Shown one piece after another: positions 60,452 through 64,000 of a DNA stretch of 64,000 bases. Both the position numbers and the translations under genes were made by a program. Every line of letters starts with the position of its first letter. The first letter of the stretch is position 1. The notes beneath the pieces were generated by a model. The model ran no database searches and was not told the DNA's origin. It worked only from the letters and a program-made list of their open reading frames with translations. Source of the DNA: Nitrosopumilus sp. (GTDB taxonomy: Archaea > Thermoproteota > Nitrososphaeria > Nitrososphaerales > Nitrosopumilaceae); the NCBI GenBank assembly GCA_965206745.1, contig OZ242220.1, positions 512,001-576,000 of the forward strand. The letters are read 5' to 3'.

Positions 60452-62057
60452 ATTTGCTTCTCTTTTTATTTGAATCTCTTCTTTGACTGCCACCTTCTCT
60501 TCTCCTGTCTCCACCATCTCTCCTTCTATTTCCATCATCTCTTCCTTGACTGCCAAAACCACCATCTCTCCTTCTATCTCCACTATCTCTTCTCCTGTCT
60601 CCCTCATCTCTTCTTTGACCACCAAAACCACCTTCTCTCCTTCTGTCTCCGCCATCTCTTCCTTGATTACCACCATCTCTCCTTCTGTCTCCGCCATCTC
60701 TTCCTTGACCACCAAAACTACCTTCTCTTCTTTGACTGCCACCTTCTCTCCTTCTGTCTCCGCCATCTCTTCTTTGACCACTGCCAAAACCACCATCTCT
60801 CCTTCTGTCTCCACCTTCTCTTCTCCTATTCCTGCCATCTCTTCTTTGACTACTATCCCTTCTCCTGTCTCCACCATCCCTTCCTTGACCACCAAAACTG
60901 CCTTCCCTTCTAAATGATGGGGGTGGTCTGATGTCCTTCTCTGTGGGATTTTCATATTTTTTGCCTATTTCGTCGACTCTGATGTTGAGCTTTTCAAGCA
61001 GAGTCCGGTTTAGTCCCTCGCCATAAACATCGACTCTTGCGGCAATGACTGCCTTTGCAGCTACTGCGCGAGCAATCTTTCCCCTCTGCCATCTCGGCGC
61101 TGCATGAACCAGTGCATGCTGGAATAGCAATCCGTGTTTTGGCGGTTGCGAACCCGTCTTGATTGCTCTGAACAATGCTTTTTCAGCTCCCAGAACTTGT
61201 ATCGTGCTGGCAGGAAGCGATGCCATTTTTTTGAGACTTCCCGCCCTTCCCAACACCCTTGCACCCACTGCCGTACCAAGTATTGCCGAGGTATTTGGCG
61301 CAATCTCCTGCATTTGGGCCTCAACGTGCTCCTCTAGCTTTTTGCGTAATTCATGGAAATCCAAAACTTGTTTTGCAATTGATTGCACTATTGACAAATT
61401 AATATCCGATATGTCCCCGCCCCTGCTTTTTGATGAAATCAATGACAGCATCTCTACCTTTGATTCTGGAAAGCCTGCTTCTTCAAAGTCTTGTTTGGTT
61501 AGCGAGTCCCGTTTTCCTGCAACCACTATCTGTGCATATCCGTTGATGCTGTCAATTATGTTCTCCAACTCTGGGAAATGCAACCCGTACCATTCCCTCA
61601 GCCTTGAACTCAGTCCGTTTGCAATCTTGTCAATCTCATCTAGCGAACTGATCGCCTGAATGATGTGAAGATCCGGACTTTCTGAGGTCTCTGTAACTTT
61701 GGATGATGACAGTCCCAGTGCAAACTCTCTTAATTTTCCAAGCGTGTCCTGCAGGTTTGAGGCAAAACCCGAATCCACGATAATCTGCGGTTTGTTTGTT
61801 TGAATTGCATCTGATTCGGACTCTTCCATCAGATGGCAGTCAATGGAGTATTTTTTCAGAATTGAAAGCAATGATTCGTCACTGACAGAAAACCCCCTCT
61901 GAGTTGAGGCCAGATAGTTTACAAGTTCGTTTAATTTTGACTCTTTATTTTTAACTAGGAGATACTCCTTTACCGGGTTTGAGAAAGAAAATGCCTTGTC
62001 CAGCTTTCCATCATTGAAAACTGAGATCCCCAGCTCTGTTAAAACTACAGAATACAT
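60438..62057 (-). CDS. nop5: Nop5 (Nop56/58) with Arg/Gly/Asp-rich tail
   Basis: REWYGLHFPEL, APN, PASTIQVLGAEKALF, PKHG, RGKIAR. Confidence 0.94.
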   Translation of the reverse strand: MYSVVLTELGISVFNDGKLDKAFSFSNPVKEYLLVKNKESKLNELVNYLASTQRGFSVSDESLLSILKKYSIDCHLMEESESDAIQTNKPQIIVDSGFASNLQDTLGKLREFALGLSSSKVTETSESPDLHIIQAISSLDEIDKIANGLSSRLREWYGLHFPELENIIDSINGYAQIVVAGKRDSLTKQDFEEAGFPESKVEMLSLISSKSRGGDISDINLSIVQSIAKQVLDFHELRKKLEEHVEAQMQEIAPNTSAILGTAVGARVLGRAGSLKKMASLPASTIQVLGAEKALFRAIKTGSQPPKHGLLFQHALVHAAPRWQRGKIARAVAAKAVIAARVDVYGEGLNRTLLEKLNIRVDEIGKKYENPTEKDIRPPPSFRREGSFGGQGRDGGDRRRDSSQRRDGRNRRREGGDRRRDGGFGSGQRRDGGDRRREGGSQRREGSFGGQGRDGGDRRRDGGNQGRDGGDRRREGGFGGQRRDEGDRRRDSGDRRRDGGFGSQGRDDGNRRRDGGDRRREGGSQRRDSNKKRSKFGRR

Positions 62058-62142
62058 GAATAGTTGAATCTAAATCACCTTTAAAAAAGGTACCAGAGCC
62101 GAGAATCAACTATTATATCCCAAATCAAGATGGTTAATCAAC

Positions 62143-63054
62143 GTGGAACCTAGCATTGCAACTTCCATAGGTCCGATTCGGTTAGATGGTCCTGTAATGC
62201 TGGCCTCTGGAATTTTGGGCATATCCTTGGATGTGTTTAACCGACTTTATGCATCAGGTGCCGGTGCAGTCGTTACAAAGTCCCTCAGTACTACTCCCTG
62301 GGAGGGATATCCAAACCCCACCATCTTCAGTGTGAAGGGCGGGGGGTGGATAAATGCAGTCGGACTATCAAATCCCGGTGCGGCAAATTTTGCCAAGATG
62401 ATTGAGCCAAACCAGGACGTCCCAATCGTGGTGAGCTTGGTGGGCTCTGTACCTGAAGACTTTGAGATCATGACAAAGCAGTTTGAGAACTGCAAAGTCA
62501 CAGCATACGAGTTGAACCTGTCTTGCCCCCATGTTGCCAAGGTCGGCCTGGAGGTCGGCGATGATCCCGGACTGGTCAAAGCAATTGTATCTGCCGTAAA
62601 AAGCACCACAAGCGTTCCTGTAATTGCCAAGGTCGGCCTGGGAACCAGCAACTATCTCAATACAGTCAGCACCGCAATAGATTCCGGAATCGATGCCATC
62701 ACTGCGATTAATACAGTTCGCGCAATGGCAATTGACGCTGAAGTTCAGCGACCCATACTCAGCAACAAGTTTGGGGGGCTGTCTGGTACCCCGATTAAAC
62801 CGATTGCACTAAGATGTGTCTATGAAATTTCCTCACAACATGATATTCCGATTATTGGATGCGGCGGAATCTCCACGTGGGAGGACGCAGTCGAATTTTT
62901 CCTGGCAGGAGCTTCGGCAGTCCAGCTTGGCAGTGCGATAGGTGACAACTGGGTCGGCGTCTTCGATGAGATTAACAAAGGAATATCACATTACATGGAA
63001 CGAAAAGGTCACTCTACGATAAGGGAGATGGTGGGGCTTGCAAAGAGATCCTAA
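62143..63054 (+). CDS. pyrD: Dihydroorotate dehydrogenase, catalytic subunit
   Basis: ASG, TKS, NAVGLSNPG, ELNLSCPH, INT, GGLSG. Confidence 0.95.
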   Translation: MEPSIATSIGPIRLDGPVMLASGILGISLDVFNRLYASGAGAVVTKSLSTTPWEGYPNPTIFSVKGGGWINAVGLSNPGAANFAKMIEPNQDVPIVVSLVGSVPEDFEIMTKQFENCKVTAYELNLSCPHVAKVGLEVGDDPGLVKAIVSAVKSTTSVPVIAKVGLGTSNYLNTVSTAIDSGIDAITAINTVRAMAIDAEVQRPILSNKFGGLSGTPIKPIALRCVYEISSQHDIPIIGCGGISTWEDAVEFFLAGASAVQLGSAIGDNWVGVFDEINKGISHYMERKGHSTIREMVGLAKRS

Positions 63055-63850
63055 CCATCCCAAGATTGTCACAATTGAAAAGGTAATAGATGAGACGCCC
63101 ACTGTTAGAACGCTGGTCTTCTCTGATGATGTAATGTCTGGTGTTCTTCCCGGACAGTTTGCAATGGTGTGGATACCCGGTGTCAATGAGTTGCCAATGA
63201 GTGTTATGGTCTCAAGGGAGACAGGAAAAGCCGCATTCACTGTTAGAAAACACGGGCCTTCATCCACTGGACTGTTCAATGTTCCAATCGGCGGACAGAT
63301 AGGAATCCGAGGTCCCTATGGAAACTCTTTTGATCTCAGGGAGGGAAGACTGTTGCTGGTCGGGGGAGGAACCGGACTTGTTCCAATGATGAGGCTGCTC
63401 ACATTTGTAAAACCCACTGATGATGTAACCGTACTAATGGGTGCAAAATCCAAGGACGAGGTGTTCTTTGAGGATCTGGCAAACGATCTCTTGGCAGACA
63501 ATGCCCACCGCGTGGTCGTATCAACTGACGATGGAAGTTATGGCCAAAGGGGCTTTGTTACAGACGCGGTTGAGAAATTAGTTGAGCAGACCGGCTTTGA
63601 TGCCGTGTATGTCTGCGGTCCTGAGATCATGATGTACAAAACCGTCCAGTCTGCACACTCTAGGGGCATCTTCGTCCAGGCAAGTCTTGAGAGGATGATG
63701 AAATGCGGCGTGGGAATCTGTGGAAGCTGCTGTGTGGGTGAGGATCTTGCCTGCCGGGACGGGACCGTATTTGATGGGGAACACCTCTCTGCAAACAAGG
63801 AATTTGGCCATTTGCATAGAAACAAGGCTGGAATTTTGGAAAACTACTGA
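63038..63850 (+). CDS. pyrK: Dihydroorotate dehydrogenase, electron transfer subunit
   Basis: PGQF, RGPYG, GGGTG, CGP, MKCGVGICGSC. Confidence 0.93.
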   Translation: MQRDPNHPKIVTIEKVIDETPTVRTLVFSDDVMSGVLPGQFAMVWIPGVNELPMSVMVSRETGKAAFTVRKHGPSSTGLFNVPIGGQIGIRGPYGNSFDLREGRLLLVGGGTGLVPMMRLLTFVKPTDDVTVLMGAKSKDEVFFEDLANDLLADNAHRVVVSTDDGSYGQRGFVTDAVEKLVEQTGFDAVYVCGPEIMMYKTVQSAHSRGIFVQASLERMMKCGVGICGSCCVGEDLACRDGTVFDGEHLSANKEFGHLHRNKAGILENY

Positions 63851-63901
63851 TTTTGACTAGCAAGGTTTAAACTAAATCATAAAATTGTTTTCATAAAGGT
63901 C

Positions 63902-64000
63902 ATGGGCACTCCGAAAATAGTTTTAACAGCTGACAGAACTCTAATGTCTCCTTACAGGGGATTGTCCCTTGCAACCTTCTTTGGATGCGCCCCGGCACTG
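63902..64000 (+). CDS. 5' end of a gene, possibly a radical SAM protein (runs off the right edge)
   Basis: MGTPKIVLTADRTLMSPYRG..; the IVLTADRTLMS start is seen in archaeal radical SAM proteins. Only 33 codons are visible. Confidence 0.5.
   Translation, partial: MGTPKIVLTADRTLMSPYRGLSLATFFGCAPAL

Noticed and set aside
60452-60955. 168-aa acidic N-terminal extension of fibrillarin
   Set aside because: It is another frame of the Nop5 repeat tail. Fibrillarin homology begins near the TTG at 60451.

Overview
Archaeal chromosomal window from an ammonia-oxidiser-type thaumarchaeon (Nitrosopumilaceae-like), inferred from the histone, top6A/B, aIF-2beta, Nop5/fibrillarin, RPC34/TFE-beta and the ThiS-Cgi121 fusion. 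Four visibly AT-rich accessory blocks interrupt the core genes. (1) A type I R-M operon at the 3' side of tRNA-Cys (1-6431). (2) A ~17 kb island (~8250-25060). (3) A repeat-containing putative nuclease insert (~31600-34750). (4) An RmuC-like/Mrr pair (46444-48560). The main finding is in island 2. Two outward-facing hsdS genes bracket hsdR, a YgjP-like gene, hsdM and a TIR gene. They share a perfect 114-bp inverted repeat between their TRDs and a 33-bp inverted repeat (1 mismatch) after TRD2, and all four copies carry the dyad TGCRTCAA-N12-TTGACGCA. One hsdS loses its conserved C-terminus exactly at the distal repeat. A tyrosine recombinase lies ~1.1 kb away. This is the layout of a phase-variable (invertible) type I R-M shufflon with four possible specificities. 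Two related, divergent TBP paralogs are built in, one directly upstream of the recombinase and one directly upstream of hsdS. Inversion is inferred from architecture, not observed. All family assignments are from motif recognition by eye, without database searches.
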